A stretch of 64,000 nucleotides of DNA from Vulcanimicrobiota bacterium (GCA_963723515.1 CAVRQT010000003.1:576001-640000), one strand, 5' to 3'. Positions 35,178-48,631 are shown, counted from the first letter of the stretch. A program made the numbers and translations. Notes: a model not told the origin generated them from the sequence alone.

Positions 35178-35202
35178 ATTCAGCGCAAAAGGCGCTAAAT
35201 TA

Positions 35203-35250
35203 GTACCAAATATTGTACCGCTGAAGCAGCACGGATACAATATCTGGTAT
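35203..35250. promoter_or_regulatory. Tandem NrdR boxes
   Basis: GTACCAAATATTGTAC (35203) and ATACAATATCTGGTAT (35235), offset 32 bp, resembling acaCwAtATaTwGtgt. Confidence 0.8.
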
Positions 35251-35392
35251 TTCGCTCCTTGTGCCGAAGTTGCGAAAAACCCGAATTTCCTGGGGATAGC
35301 CGCCGCGTTTATGTGCAGAGCGGGTCACAGGGTCCCATGCCATATGTGCATATGTCCGAGGATAGTGAGGAAAACTCGCGCAAACGCGCTCC

Positions 35393-35875
35393 ATGTTCCG
35401 ACCCGATCGGTTTGCGCCGCGCCTTTGCGATGTCTCGCTCGACGAGCTCGCCGCGCGGGGGATTCGCGGACTGATCATTGACCTCGACAACACGCTTGTC
35501 GCGTACCGCTGTTCCGACGTTATCAGCGACCATCTGGGCTGGGTGGAACTCGCGAGGCAGCGGGGGCTAAAGATCGTCATGGTCTCGAATAATTTCAGCG
35601 AGCGCGTTCGTTCAATCGCCGCTCAATTGAACGTGCAGTGCGTCCCCAATGCGCTAAAACCGTTACCAACGGGATTTTGGCGCGCCAAACGTGCCCTCAA
35701 CCTATCGCGTAAGGAGATCGCGGTCGTCGGCGATCAGCTTTTCACCGACGTCCTCGGCGCGCGTCTCTTTGGTTTTTATACGATTCTCACCGAGCCGATC
35801 GAGCCGCACGACTTCGCGCTCACGCGCGTCTTTCGGTTCTTTGAACGACTCGTGTTGCCGCAGCGTCATAGCTAA
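35393..35875 (+). CDS. YqeG family HAD IIIA phosphatase
   Basis: DLDNTL, VSNN, KP, VGDQLFTDV motifs. Confidence 0.92.
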   Translation: MFRPDRFAPRLCDVSLDELAARGIRGLIIDLDNTLVAYRCSDVISDHLGWVELARQRGLKIVMVSNNFSERVRSIAAQLNVQCVPNALKPLPTGFWRAKRALNLSRKEIAVVGDQLFTDVLGARLFGFYTILTEPIEPHDFALTRVFRFFERLVLPQRHS

Positions 35876-36604
35876 ATGAAGCTTGCCGTCATCGGTGATC
35901 CCGTCGCGGCAAGTCGTAGCCCCGAATTGCAACGCCGGTTTATGGAAGAGGCCGGCATCGACGGCGATTACGTTGCAATCCGCGTCGGCAAGGGATACGC
36001 GGCGGACGCGATATGGCGGCTTCGCGATGACGGGTACGCCGGTTGTAACCTCACCACGCCGTTGAAAGAAGAAGCTGTCGCATCGTGCGACGCGCTGGAT
36101 GAAGATGCGCGACTGGCCGGAGCCGTAAACACGCTCTTCTTCGGAAGAAAAATCTTCGGCGCGAACACCGATGGTATCGGCGCTCGGAGCGCGTTGGAAA
36201 CCGCGATGGGCGAGCCGGTCTCACTGCATCGGATAGGTATACTCGGCACCGGCGCCACGGCTCGTGCAATTCTGGCGCAGTTGCATGAAACCGACGCTTA
36301 CACGTTTTGTTGGGGGCGCGATACTGAGAAAGTCGTCGCAATTTGCGAGCGATTCGAGTGCCAAATTTGGCCGCCGAATCCGCCGGAAATCGTCATTTCG
36401 TGCCTGCTGCCTGAAGCGGAACTCCCACGGCCACTAGCCGATGATCTTAGTCAGGCTGATTTGGTCATGGACGTAAACTACGGCGAACGCTCAACAATCG
36501 GCCGGCAGATTGGGCGGGACGTTATCCGCGGCGATCTGATGCTGGAGGCGCAAGCGCGCGCCTCATTTGATTTTTGGCTTGCGCATCTGGAGCGTGTGAT
36601 CTAG
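35876..36604 (+). CDS. aroE: Shikimate dehydrogenase
   Basis: SRSP, NLTTPLK, AVNT, NTDG, GTGATA motifs. Confidence 0.88.
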   Translation: MKLAVIGDPVAASRSPELQRRFMEEAGIDGDYVAIRVGKGYAADAIWRLRDDGYAGCNLTTPLKEEAVASCDALDEDARLAGAVNTLFFGRKIFGANTDGIGARSALETAMGEPVSLHRIGILGTGATARAILAQLHETDAYTFCWGRDTEKVVAICERFECQIWPPNPPEIVISCLLPEAELPRPLADDLSQADLVMDVNYGERSTIGRQIGRDVIRGDLMLEAQARASFDFWLAHLERVI

Positions 36605-36616
36605 CCGACAGCAGCA

Positions 36617-37009
36617 TTACTCTGCGCGGCAGCACACCTCGAGCGGGTGACCATCCGGATCATCGAAAAAAATCGCGTAATATCGAGGCCCTTCATCGTA
36701 ATTTGGGCCCTCAACCCGCGTGCCGATATTGCGTAAGATCGTAGCGACTTTATCGACTTCATCGTTCGACGTCGCAACGAAAGCGATGCGGTTCAGGTTC
36801 GGCGTTGCTGCAGCGTCCTCAGTGAATCCAAACCATTCGAAGTCGGCGGGACTTGTTCTATCGATCGAAACGTCGTAGTACGAAGTCCACATATCGCCGT
36901 CGCGGCGCGAAAAGCCTAAAGCGCCGAAGAGCGCATCGTAAAATGCGATCGACCGGTTTCGATCGCGAACGCGTAGATCAACGTGCGAAAGCAGAGGACG
37001 TGCCATCAC
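36617..37009 (-). CDS. VOC/glyoxalase family protein
   Basis: HVDLRV...FY, YYAIFFDDPDGHPLE. Confidence 0.85.
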   Translation of the reverse strand: MMARPLLSHVDLRVRDRNRSIAFYDALFGALGFSRRDGDMWTSYYDVSIDRTSPADFEWFGFTEDAAATPNLNRIAFVATSNDEVDKVATILRNIGTRVEGPNYDEGPRYYAIFFDDPDGHPLEVCCRAE

Positions 37010-37034
37010 GGGGACCCCTTATCGTTGTCTTTTA

Positions 37035-37060
37035 TCAGCATGCGGAGAGGGAGAGATTCG
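37035..37060 (-). repeat. Duplicated 3' end of tRNA-Ser (att-like direct repeat)
   Basis: 26 bp TCAGCATGCGGAGAGGGAGAGATTCG identical to 37179-37204. Confidence 0.85.
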
Positions 37061-37186
37061 CGCTATTCACCAAGCTCAGCGTGACAGGTGCCAAGGGCCT
37101 CGACAACCTCTAGAGCCTCTCTCGACTTCAACGTCTCCCTCGGCCGTAGCTGAGTAAAGACCCGCGCCGGAGTCTTTGTCAGCATG

Positions 37187-37274
37187 CGGAGAGGGAGAGA
37201 TTCGAACTCTCGAGAGGCTCATCACCTCTGCCCGCTTTCCAAGCGAGTGCATTCAACCGCTCTGCCACCTCTCC
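37187..37274 (-). tRNA. tRNA-Ser(GGA)
   Basis: GGAGAGG acceptor stem, anticodon arm CTCGC-TTGGAAA-GCGGG, long variable arm, TTCGAAT T-loop; CCA not fully encoded. Confidence 0.95.
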
Positions 37275-37326
37275 CCAACTGCGTCGATGGCCGTGCGCGT
37301 CGACGCTCCCGAACCGCGCTTTGGTT

Positions 37327-37911
37327 CTAGTCGCCGGCCGTCGAGCCCGCTAGGCGGCTGAAGTACGCGATGCGCGCGGCTTCTTCAACGAGATCCGTTT
37401 GCAAGAACGCGTCTTCGATTGAAGCAGACACGGATAGCAAGCCGTGCCGCTCCATCAATACGTTATCCGCACCCTTAAGTGCGGCAGCGACTTCATTAGC
37501 AAGTTCGACTGTTCCGGGCGGCTGGTACGGCGCAACGGCAACGTCGCGCAGCGTCTCGCGTGCTCCAACCGTATCGCGTGGCAGAACGGTGTTGTGCTTG
37601 GACCAGATGACGCAAAACGTCGGGTGCGTGTGCAGGGCGACGTTGATGTCCGGACGCGTTTGATACGCCGCGACATGCAATTGATACTCGGTCGTCGGAC
37701 GCCGTTTTTCATCGTGCGGCCGGCCGAATGAATCGGTGACGACAAAATCCGCAGTCCGCAATTCACGCAAGCAAACACCGGCGCGCGTGAGCAACAGTGA
37801 GCCGTCATCGAGGCGCGCGCTGAGATTGCCGCTGCTCCCGCTGACGAGCCGCCGCTCCCACAGTGCGCGTCCGATTTCGGTCAACTCATAGAGCGCGGCA
37901 CGATACTTCAC
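37327..37911 (-). CDS. Class II aldolase/adducin family protein
   Basis: GNLSAR, PTTE..LH, HTHP, RHG motifs. Confidence 0.9.
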   Translation of the reverse strand: MKYRAALYELTEIGRALWERRLVSGSSGNLSARLDDGSLLLTRAGVCLRELRTADFVVTDSFGRPHDEKRRPTTEYQLHVAAYQTRPDINVALHTHPTFCVIWSKHNTVLPRDTVGARETLRDVAVAPYQPPGTVELANEVAAALKGADNVLMERHGLLSVSASIEDAFLQTDLVEEAARIAYFSRLAGSTAGD

Positions 37912-37990
37912 GAGGCCGCAGGCGTACGACAGCGCACGCGAGGCTACCTAGCCGAAGGCGTCGCCATTCGCTCGGACAATAGCGGGCGAC

Positions 37991-39590
37991 ATGGGGGTCG
38001 ATCAGCGTGCGCAGCGCGTGATCGTCGCGGAGCCGTTCTCAAAGAGTGGTTTGAACGTCTTGCGCAGCGCTGCGGTCGACGTCGTTGAATGTTCGAGCGG
38101 CGATCGCGATGGTCTGATCGACGCAATGCAGGGCGCCGACGGGCTGATCGTGCGCTCGCAGACGCGAGTCGATGCGGCGCTCATCAGCGGAGCGCCGACT
38201 TTGAAGGTCATCGGCGCGAGCGGGTGTCGGCGTTGACTCGATTGACGTCGATGCAGCGACGCACGCCGGCATCATCGTGCTCAACACGCCGAGCGCCAAC
38301 GTCCTTGCAGCGGCAGAGCAAACTTTTGCATTGATGCTCGGCTTCTTTCGGCGTACGCCGCAGGCGAATGCATCCCTTAAGTCGGGAAAGTGGGAACGGG
38401 CGCAGTTGGTCGGACGCGAGTTATACGGCAAGACGCTGGGGATTGCCGGCCTCGGTCGGATCGGCGCCGCGGTCGCACAGCGCGCCAAGAGCTTTGGGAT
38501 GAAGGTTCTGGTTTACGACCCGTACGTATCGGCGGCTAGCGCTGAGGAACACGGCGCACAATCGCTGCCGCTGGACGAAATGTTGATGCAATCTGATGTC
38601 GTCACGCCTGCATCTGCCGTTGAATGACGAGACCGAAAATCTGATCGACGCATCGAGGCTGAGAGAAGATGAAACCGCAGGCACTCTTGGTCAATTGCGC
38701 TCGTGGCGGATTAGTTGATGAAGAGGCGCTGCTTGAGGCGCTCGATCGAGGTGCGATCTCAGGCGCCGCGCTGGATGTATTCGTCCACGAACCGGTCAAG
38801 AGTGGAACCTCGAGCGCGCGCTTGCAAGCGCATCCTCATGTATTGGCAACGCCGCATCTGGGTGGTTCGACGCATGAAGCTTTTGAACGCGTTGCAGTCG
38901 AGTTGGCACGCGACATCGTCAATGTTTTGCGTGGGCTGCCGGCAGAAGGCGCCGTCAACGCGCCCATTCCGCGCGGCGCGGATGCACAGAAGCTTCGTCC
39001 CTACGCCGAGCTCGCATACCGCTTGGGCATTCTTTGTCCGCAATTGCAAGAGACGCCGCATCTGCAGCCGATCTCAATGACGCTGAGCGGCGATATTGCC
39101 AGCGCAAATCCTGCGCCGCTCGTTACGGCGTTTCTTTCAGGTGCTTTGCAGAAGACAGCGGATCGCCGTATTAGCGTCGTAAACGCTGACGCTATAGCGC
39201 GTGAGCGCGGCATCGTCGTCACGACGCATCAACGGTCAACGGACGACTGGGTCGCGTCACTCGCGATCGACCTCGGCGCGCTGCATGTGATCGGCACGGC
39301 GTTGCACCACGGCTTGCGAATCGTACAAATCGATCGTTTTGAAATCGACGCCGCGCCGGAAGGAACGCTCATTGTGACCCGCCACCGCGACGTGCCCGGG
39401 ATGATTGGAAGAGTGGGAACGATTCTGGGTGATGCGGGCGTCAATATTTCAAACATGCAAGTCGCGCGCTTGAACGAGGGCGGCGAGGCGATGATGGTTC
39501 TTGCGATCGACCGCGAGCCGCCGCCAGCGACGGTGAGAACGCTCGAAGCTACTCCCGGACATCAGCTCCGCTCGCGTGGTTCACCTATAA
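37991..39590 (+). CDS. serA: D-3-phosphoglycerate dehydrogenase with ACT domain (frameshifts)
   Basis: VRSQT, GLGRIG, NCARGG, LDVF..EP, TPHLG, DVPGMIG..GVNI across frames. Confidence 0.92.
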
Positions 39591-39593
39591 GAA

Positions 39594-40223
39594 ATGCCGA
39601 GTGTCTTCATCGCGCGTCACGGCGAAACGACGTGGAACATTACGGGCCGCTACCAGGGACGCTTAGAATCGCCGCTGTCGCCGCTTGGAATCGCACAGTC
39701 GCAGCGGCTCGCAGATTCACTGGCGTCCCATCCGTTAAAGCGCATCATCAGCAGCCCGCTGGGCCGCTGCGTGGACACGGCGAAGAGCGTCGCGGAACGA
39801 TTCGGTTTAGCCGTTGAGATTGAACCCTTGCTGATCGAAATCGCGCACGGCAGTTGGGAAGGGCGGTATCGCGATGAACTGGCGGCCAACGATCCCGAGC
39901 GCTACCGTCAATGGCGCCATGAGCCGGAAATCGTGCAATTTGAAAATGGCGAAAGCATTCGCGACGTTCTCGAGCGCTGGCGCCGTTTTATCAAAGGGTT
40001 TGTCGTCGGCGACGACACGCTGCTCGTTACGCACGATGCGGTCGTTCGCGTTGCGCTCGTCGACCGTTTGAAGCGGCCGCTTTCCGAGTTTTGGAAGTCG
40101 CGAGTGCTCAACGGCGCCTACGCGTGGTTTCAAGTGACGAACTCGCATTGGGAACTGGTGGAAGAATGCGTCAGCGATCATCTGATAGGCCTTGTCGCCG
40201 ATCCGTCGACGCAGGCGCTGTAG
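39594..40223 (+). CDS. Histidine phosphatase (phosphoglycerate mutase superfamily)
   Basis: RHGET, SSPL.R, E...G.WEG, VTH motifs. Confidence 0.9.
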   Translation: MPSVFIARHGETTWNITGRYQGRLESPLSPLGIAQSQRLADSLASHPLKRIISSPLGRCVDTAKSVAERFGLAVEIEPLLIEIAHGSWEGRYRDELAANDPERYRQWRHEPEIVQFENGESIRDVLERWRRFIKGFVVGDDTLLVTHDAVVRVALVDRLKRPLSEFWKSRVLNGAYAWFQVTNSHWELVEECVSDHLIGLVADPSTQAL

Positions 40224-40298
40224 CACGATAGTGGTTTACCGCGGGGCCGCCGGGTATACTGAGAGTCACATCAGCCGTTTTTTGTTGGGAGATACGAA

Positions 40299-40841
40299 GT
40301 GACCGATACGACTCCGTTTTTATCGGACATCAAAGAGTTGCGTCGCCGAGCGCGCGAGCACATGGATCGAGGCGCTGTAACGGAGACCTACAAAGGCGAC
40401 GTCCACCGCACGGTGGACATCCTAAATCAGGCGCTCGCAACGGAGCTCGTCTGCGTATTGCGCTACAAGCGCCACTATTACATGGCGAAAGGCATTAACA
40501 GGGATTCGGTCGCGAACGAATTCTTAGCGCACGCCAACGAGGAGCAAGGCCACGCGGACCGGATTGCCGAGCGCATCACGCAGCTCGGCGGCGCACCCGA
40601 CTTCAATCCTCAAGGAATGGTCACGCGCAGTCACTCGGAGTACGTCGAGGGAACCAACTTGACCGACATGATTCGCGAAAATCTAGTTGCAGAACGGATC
40701 GCTATCGAGTCGTATACGGAAATCATTCGTTATTTCGGCTCGAACGATCCGACTTCACGCCGGCTGATGGAAGAGATATTGGCGGTCGAAGAAGAGCACG
40801 CCAACGACATGGCGGATCTGTTGGAGCAACAGGGCACATAA
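40299..40841 (+). CDS. Ferritin-like/bacterioferritin family protein
   Basis: ATE..C..RY, EEQGHAD, AERIAIESY, EEEHA diiron ligands. Confidence 0.88.
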   Translation: MTDTTPFLSDIKELRRRAREHMDRGAVTETYKGDVHRTVDILNQALATELVCVLRYKRHYYMAKGINRDSVANEFLAHANEEQGHADRIAERITQLGGAPDFNPQGMVTRSHSEYVEGTNLTDMIRENLVAERIAIESYTEIIRYFGSNDPTSRRLMEEILAVEEEHANDMADLLEQQGT

Positions 40842-40845
40842 GGAC

Positions 40846-40940
40846 ACATTTCGACAAGCTCACATTATCGACAAGCTCAATGTGACACCGGGACCACATC
40901 TAACAGCGGTAAGCCATGTTTCGACGAACTCAGCATCGCA
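40846..40940 (-). repeat. Cluster of REP-like palindromic units
   Basis: Minus strand TGTCACATTGAGCTTGTCGATAATGTGAGCTTGTCGAAATG plus a degenerate copy TGCTGAGTTCGTCGAAACA. Confidence 0.65.
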
Positions 40941-40982
40941 CTGAAAACTATCGTCACATGCAAGTTCAGAATGCGCCGTTGG

Positions 40983-42446
40983 CTACTGACCTTGTGCTAA
41001 GCTGAACCCCGGTTTGCCGTCGAAGGTGTACAGTAGCTCCGTTTTGATGAAATCGACATTGTCGGATGCGAGGTGACCGAGCAGATCGATGATCGCATGG
41101 TGGCTCACGGTATGCGGGCCGTCGGCGAGAAACCGGCATGCCCAATGGTCGCTTAAGAATGTCTCCGGTGATCCATCCGGCCAGACCTTCGTGCCGCGAT
41201 TGCTCAACATCTGAAGCGCGAGCCCTTCCGGAGCCTTCGGCTGAAGAAGATTCGCGAGATCGTCCGCGCCGCCGCCCGTCCAATCGACGAAGACGTCGAT
41301 CCCAACCAAGCGTTTCTCTTCCATAGCCTTGAACGGGCGCGCATGTAAATCCATCGGTGCGCTTGCATTATATCGGACCGGCTTGAGCGTTAACGGCTCC
41401 TGGCCGAGCCGCTCGATCACCGCATCCGCAAACTCACGCGTCCCGACTTTTTGTTTGCTCGTCCCTTCCTTATAAATGTCGTAGGTGTGAATGCCGTCCT
41501 CGATCGTCTTGAGCCAGGCGTTGTGAACTTTCTGCGCGATTTCGCTCTGGCCGATATGGTTGAGCATCATGACGCCACCGAGCAACAATGCGGATGGGTT
41601 CGCCAGATTTTGACCGGCGCGCCGCGGCGCTGAGCCATGAATCGCCTCGAACATCGCACAGTGGTCGCCGATGTTAGCCGAACCCGCAATTCCCACGGAG
41701 CCGGCAATCTGCGCCGCGATATCCGAAAGCACGTCACCATAGAGATTCGGCATCACGAGAACGTCGAACGCCTCGGGCGTATCGGACATCTTAGCCGCGC
41801 CGATGTCGACGATCCAGTGCTCTTTCTCGATATCAGGATACTCTGCGCCGATCTCATCGAAGACCTTGTGAAAGAGACCGTCGGTCGCTTTTAAAATGTT
41901 GTCCTTCGTGAAGCAGGTGACTTTCTTGCGATTGTTCTGCTTTGCGTATTCAAACGCATAGCGGACCACTTTCTCTGACCCCGGGCGCGAAATCAATTTC
42001 AGCGCTTGCGTGACCTGTTGCGTTTGCCGGTGCTCGATGCCGCCGTAAACGTCTTCCTCGTTCTCACGCACGATGACGAGGTTCATCGTCGGGTATTTCG
42101 TGTCGATATAGGGATGAAGCGAAGCGCACGGCCGAACGTTCGCGTAGAGGCCGAGCGTCTTGCGAACGGTGACGTTCAGGCTCTTAAAACCGCCGCCTTG
42201 GGCGTGGTGATCGGTGCCTTGAGGAAAACTCGCGTTCGCCGCAGCGAATCCCATGAAGACGGCTCGATGCCGTTGCTAAGCCCACGCTTGTACACGCTTT
42301 CCCCGATTCGAAATGACTTCCGGCTCGATCTGCGCGCCCGCCGCGTTGATGATTCGCAGCGTCGCATCCATGATCTCGGGGCCGATGCCGTCACCGTAAG
42401 CAACGGTAATCGGCGTCTTCTTTTGTGTCGCAGTTATCGTCGTCAT
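40983..42446 (-). CDS. icd: Isocitrate dehydrogenase, NADP-type with C-terminal extension (frameshifts near 5' end)
   Basis: GDGIGPEI, KAPITTP, SLNVTVRK, NLYGDVLSD, FEAIHGSAP. Confidence 0.92.
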
Positions 42447-42532
42447 CGCAGTCCCTCCGGCAAACGACTGCTCGCTTTTTCAGCGGCACACAACAGCGGG
42501 TTACGCGCATCTGACATTGAAATGCCGCGTGC

Positions 42533-44397
42533 GTGCGAGCAAAGCTTCCGCCGCTTGCCTTAGCAGCGCTTGGCGTCGTCTTTGGAGATATCGGCACGAG
42601 CCCGCTCTACGCCTTTGGGCTGTGCTTCAAGGGAGACTACCCCGCCCCGGTAGCGCGCGATAACATCATCGGCATCCTCTCGCTGATTTTTTGGGCGCTC
42701 ATCATTGTGGTCTGCGTGAAATACGTTACGTTCATGCTGCGCGCCGACAACAATGGACAAGGCGGTACGATCGCGTTGCTTGCGTTAATCAATCCGAAAA
42801 CACGCGCGGGATTGCCGAGCGCGCTGACCGCGATCGCATTGCTGGTGCTCTTCGGTGAGGCGACGCTCTATGGAGATGGCGCCATCACGCCCGCGATTTC
42901 CGTGATCTCGGCCATCGAAGGCTTGGATGTTTGGACGCAAGCGGCTCATCGTTTGATCGTGCCGCTCTCGGTCGTTATCTTGATCGGCCTGTTTGTTTGG
43001 CAACGCCGCGGGACGGGAGAGATCGGCAAGCTCTTCGGGCCCGTCATGCTGATATGGTTCCTCGCAATTGGGATCGCCGGAGCGATTGGGATCGTGGCCC
43101 ATCCGAACATTCTCATCGCGCTCAATCCGGTCTATTCGTGGGCGTTCTTTCTGCACCACGGCTTGCTGAGTGTGCTGATCATGGGGGCGGTCGTGTTGTG
43201 TGTGACCGGAGTGGAAGCGCTCTATGCCGACCTGGCGCACTTTGGCCGGCGCCCGATCACGATGGCATGGTACATCGGTGGTGCTACCGGCACTGGTGCT
43301 GAACTACTTTGGACAAGGCGCGAATACGCTCGCTCACCCAACAGCGATCGCAAATCCCTTTTACGCTCTCTATCCGCGCTGGGCAATCATTCCGATGGTG
43401 CTGTTGGCAACCGTGGCCACGGTCATTGCATCGCAGGCGCTGATCAGCGGCGTCTTTTCGCTCACGCAACAAGTGATGCAACTGGGCTACTCGCCGCGGT
43501 TTCGTATCGTTCACACCTCGCGGGAACACGTCGGCCAAATCTATCTTCCGGCCGTCAATGCCATGCTCGCCATCGCTTGCATCTTGCTCGTCATTTCGTT
43601 CCGTTCGTCTGCGGCGCTCGGGGGCGCATACGGTCTAGCGGTCACAATCACGATGATCATCAGCTCGATTACCTATTTCACGCTCGTTACGAAACGCTGG
43701 CGGTGGACGCTGTGGATCGCGGTGCCGCTTCTGGCGCTCTTTCTTGTCGTGGGACTTGCCGTTCTTATTTGGAAATCTTCCGAAGATCGTATCCGGCGGT
43801 TGGGTGCCTCTGGTTATCGCGAGCGTGATCTTTATATTCTTCACGACTTGGAATCGCGGCCGGCGGCGGTTGATGCAGGCGCTTGCCGCCCATACATTAC
43901 CGGTGAGCTCATTCTTGAAGGAAATCAAGGAAACGTCAACGGTCAGCGGGACCGCGTTCTTCCTCGCGCCGGATCCGCAAGGCATCCCGTTCGTGCTGCA
44001 GCATCAATGGCTGCGAACGCATATCATCTACGATACGATCGTCTTGTTGACGATCTTGACGGAGGCGCGCCCAATTGTTCGACCGGAGGAACGCGTCAAG
44101 GTCGAGCAGATCAGCTCGCGTCTGTTCCGGATAAAGGCGCACTACGGTTTCATGGAACAGCCGAAGATCGAAGATATTCTCGAGCACTGCCGCAAGCAGC
44201 GTCCCGACCTCGATCTGTCAAAGCCGACCTACTATCTTGCGAGCCCAAAGATAAGCCGCGACCATTCGAAGGCCGGCTTACCATCTTGGCAGTGGAGTCT
44301 TTATCGCTGGATGATCCGCAATGCGCGACCGCTCACCGATTCGCTCGGCCTTCCGGCGAATCGAACGGTGGAGTTCGGCGTCGAGGTGCCGCTTTAG
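42533..44397 (+). CDS. kup: KUP/HAK/KT potassium transporter (two frameshifts)
   Basis: GVVFGDIGTSPLY, YGDGAITPAISV, TGVEALYADL.HF, IASQA, YGFME. Confidence 0.93.
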
Positions 44398-44398
44398 G

Positions 44399-44566
44399 TA
44401 AGGAACCTCTGATCAAGTCTCACGCGGCTCATCCTCGGCCGCTTTTTGCCGATTTCGTCGTTGCTGCGGCGGCCACAATGCGCTGCATTGCGTCCGTCCT
44501 CGCGCCTCGAAAGCGACAAAAATCGCCACGAGGCTGAACCGCGGAGACTTGATCAGAGGTTCCTTA
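44399..44566. mobile_element. MITE-like element with long terminal inverted repeats
   Basis: Perfect 21-bp TIR AGGAACCTCTGATCAAGTCTC (44401-44421 / 44544-44564), extending imperfectly inward; TA on both sides; no transposase. Confidence 0.8.
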
Positions 44567-46185
44567 GATCGACCACCGATACGCGTTCCAGGTTTCCGTG
44601 ATTCCGTTGGGCGTGTATCCTCGCAGATCGGGATTTACCGCGGTGAGCTCTTTGCGGTAGAAGAGGAAGACGCCGGGAATCTGCTCCGCCATGATCTGCT
44701 GGGTCCGGTCATACGCCCGCTTGCGCGTCGGTCGATCGAAATGCGTGAGCGCGGTTGCTTCTTGGGCGTCGAACTCGTGATTGCAGAAGCGGTACGCGTT
44801 GTTGCCGGCCGGTGGAATCATCGCGCACGTGAATTGTGACGAGTCGTCAGGGTCGGCGCCGGAAACCCACGGGTAGATGTTGATGTCGTACTTGCCGCCG
44901 AGATAAATTCCGCCTTGCTGCATCGGGGCGTAGAGCATCGTGTAAGTGTAGCTTTTGATCGATGTTTCCACTCCCACCGCTTTGAGCTGCGACTGCGTCA
45001 GCGTCGAAATCGCTTGCCCTGCGCTGCTCCCCTGCGCAATCGTGAAGAGAAGTGAGAGCCGCTGCCCGTTCTTGACCCGCACGCCGTCCGGTCCGACTTT
45101 CCATCCATCGGCGTCAAGGATCTGCGCCGCCTTCGTTGGGTTGTAATCGTAGCGCGTCACGCTGGGATTGTACGCCCATGAGAAGTTTGAGATGTCCTCC
45201 GTTGCGGGGCTCCCCGCTCCGTATTGCGTCGCGTTCATAATTTTGGCTTTATCGATTGCATACGAGAGCGCCTGACGAACTTTGAGGTCGGTCAGCGGCG
45301 GGTGCGACATGTTGAAGCCGATCGCTTCGTATTGAGGCGAGTTTGTCATCACGATCCCGATCTCGGGATTGCCGCGCAGATCGCGATATTGCGGACCGCC
45401 CAACTCCGGCACAAAATCGATCTCATGATCCCGCATCTGCGTTGATTGCGTATTCGTATCGGTGATGATCTTCCAGATCATCTGCTTGATCTTTGGCGCG
45501 CCGAGGAAGTAGTTAGGATTCGCAATGAGCTCAATACGATCGCCGCGGGCCCAGCGCAAGAACTTGAACGGTCCCGTGCCAATCGGATTTGAATTGAACG
45601 GCACGTGGTTCAAGTTCGGATAACTCTCGAGCAGGTGTTTCGGGAGCACGCTGTACGGCGTGTCGCTTTGGCTGAACAGCGTTTCGATCGCCGGCGCAAA
45701 GCGCGAGCGCATGTGAAAGACGACTGTGTACGAATCCGGCGTGTCGACCGATCGAACGAGATCGTAGCCGCGGCGGGCCGGCACGTTGTTCGCGGGATTC
45801 ATGATCGCTTGCCACGTGAACTTGACATCTGCCGAAGTGAACGGTGCACCGTCATGCCATTTGACGTTATGGCGCAGCTTGTAGGTAAGCGTTAGGCCGT
45901 CTTTGCTGATGCCGCCATTCTCAAGTGTCGGCACTTGTGCAGCCAGGACCGGCTGCGGGTTTCCATTGTCATCGACGGTCACGAGTGGATCGAATATCAG
46001 GGTGTCGACCATCACTTCGCCCGTGCTGGTGCTGAAGATTGGATTGAGCGTATTGGGACTGATGAAGAGTGCCGCCCGCAAGACTTCCGGCTGAGTCCAT
46101 GCGTGCCGGCCGCCGGCGCTGCCGGACGTGCCGACTTTAGTGCAGCCTGCCGCGAACATCACCGCGACAAGTCCGCATGCGAGCT

Positions 46186-46201
<16 letters not shown>
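44564..46201 (-). CDS. Peptide ABC transporter substrate-binding lipoprotein (SBP family 5)
   Basis: Lipobox AAGC, WHDG.PFTS.DV.FT, GTGPF, VRQALSYAID. Confidence 0.92.
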
Positions 46202-48553
<2,352 letters not shown>

Positions 48554-48631
48554 CCACGGCACTTGGCGGATGGTCGTGCCGCGTCCTCGGGCGCTGGATT
48601 TGTCGCCTGCTCTCCCGAACCAAGCGCGGTC

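Noticed and set aside
42447..42532. c-di-AMP (ydaO) riboswitch upstream of kup
   Set aside because: The gap is too short and lacks the conserved motifs.
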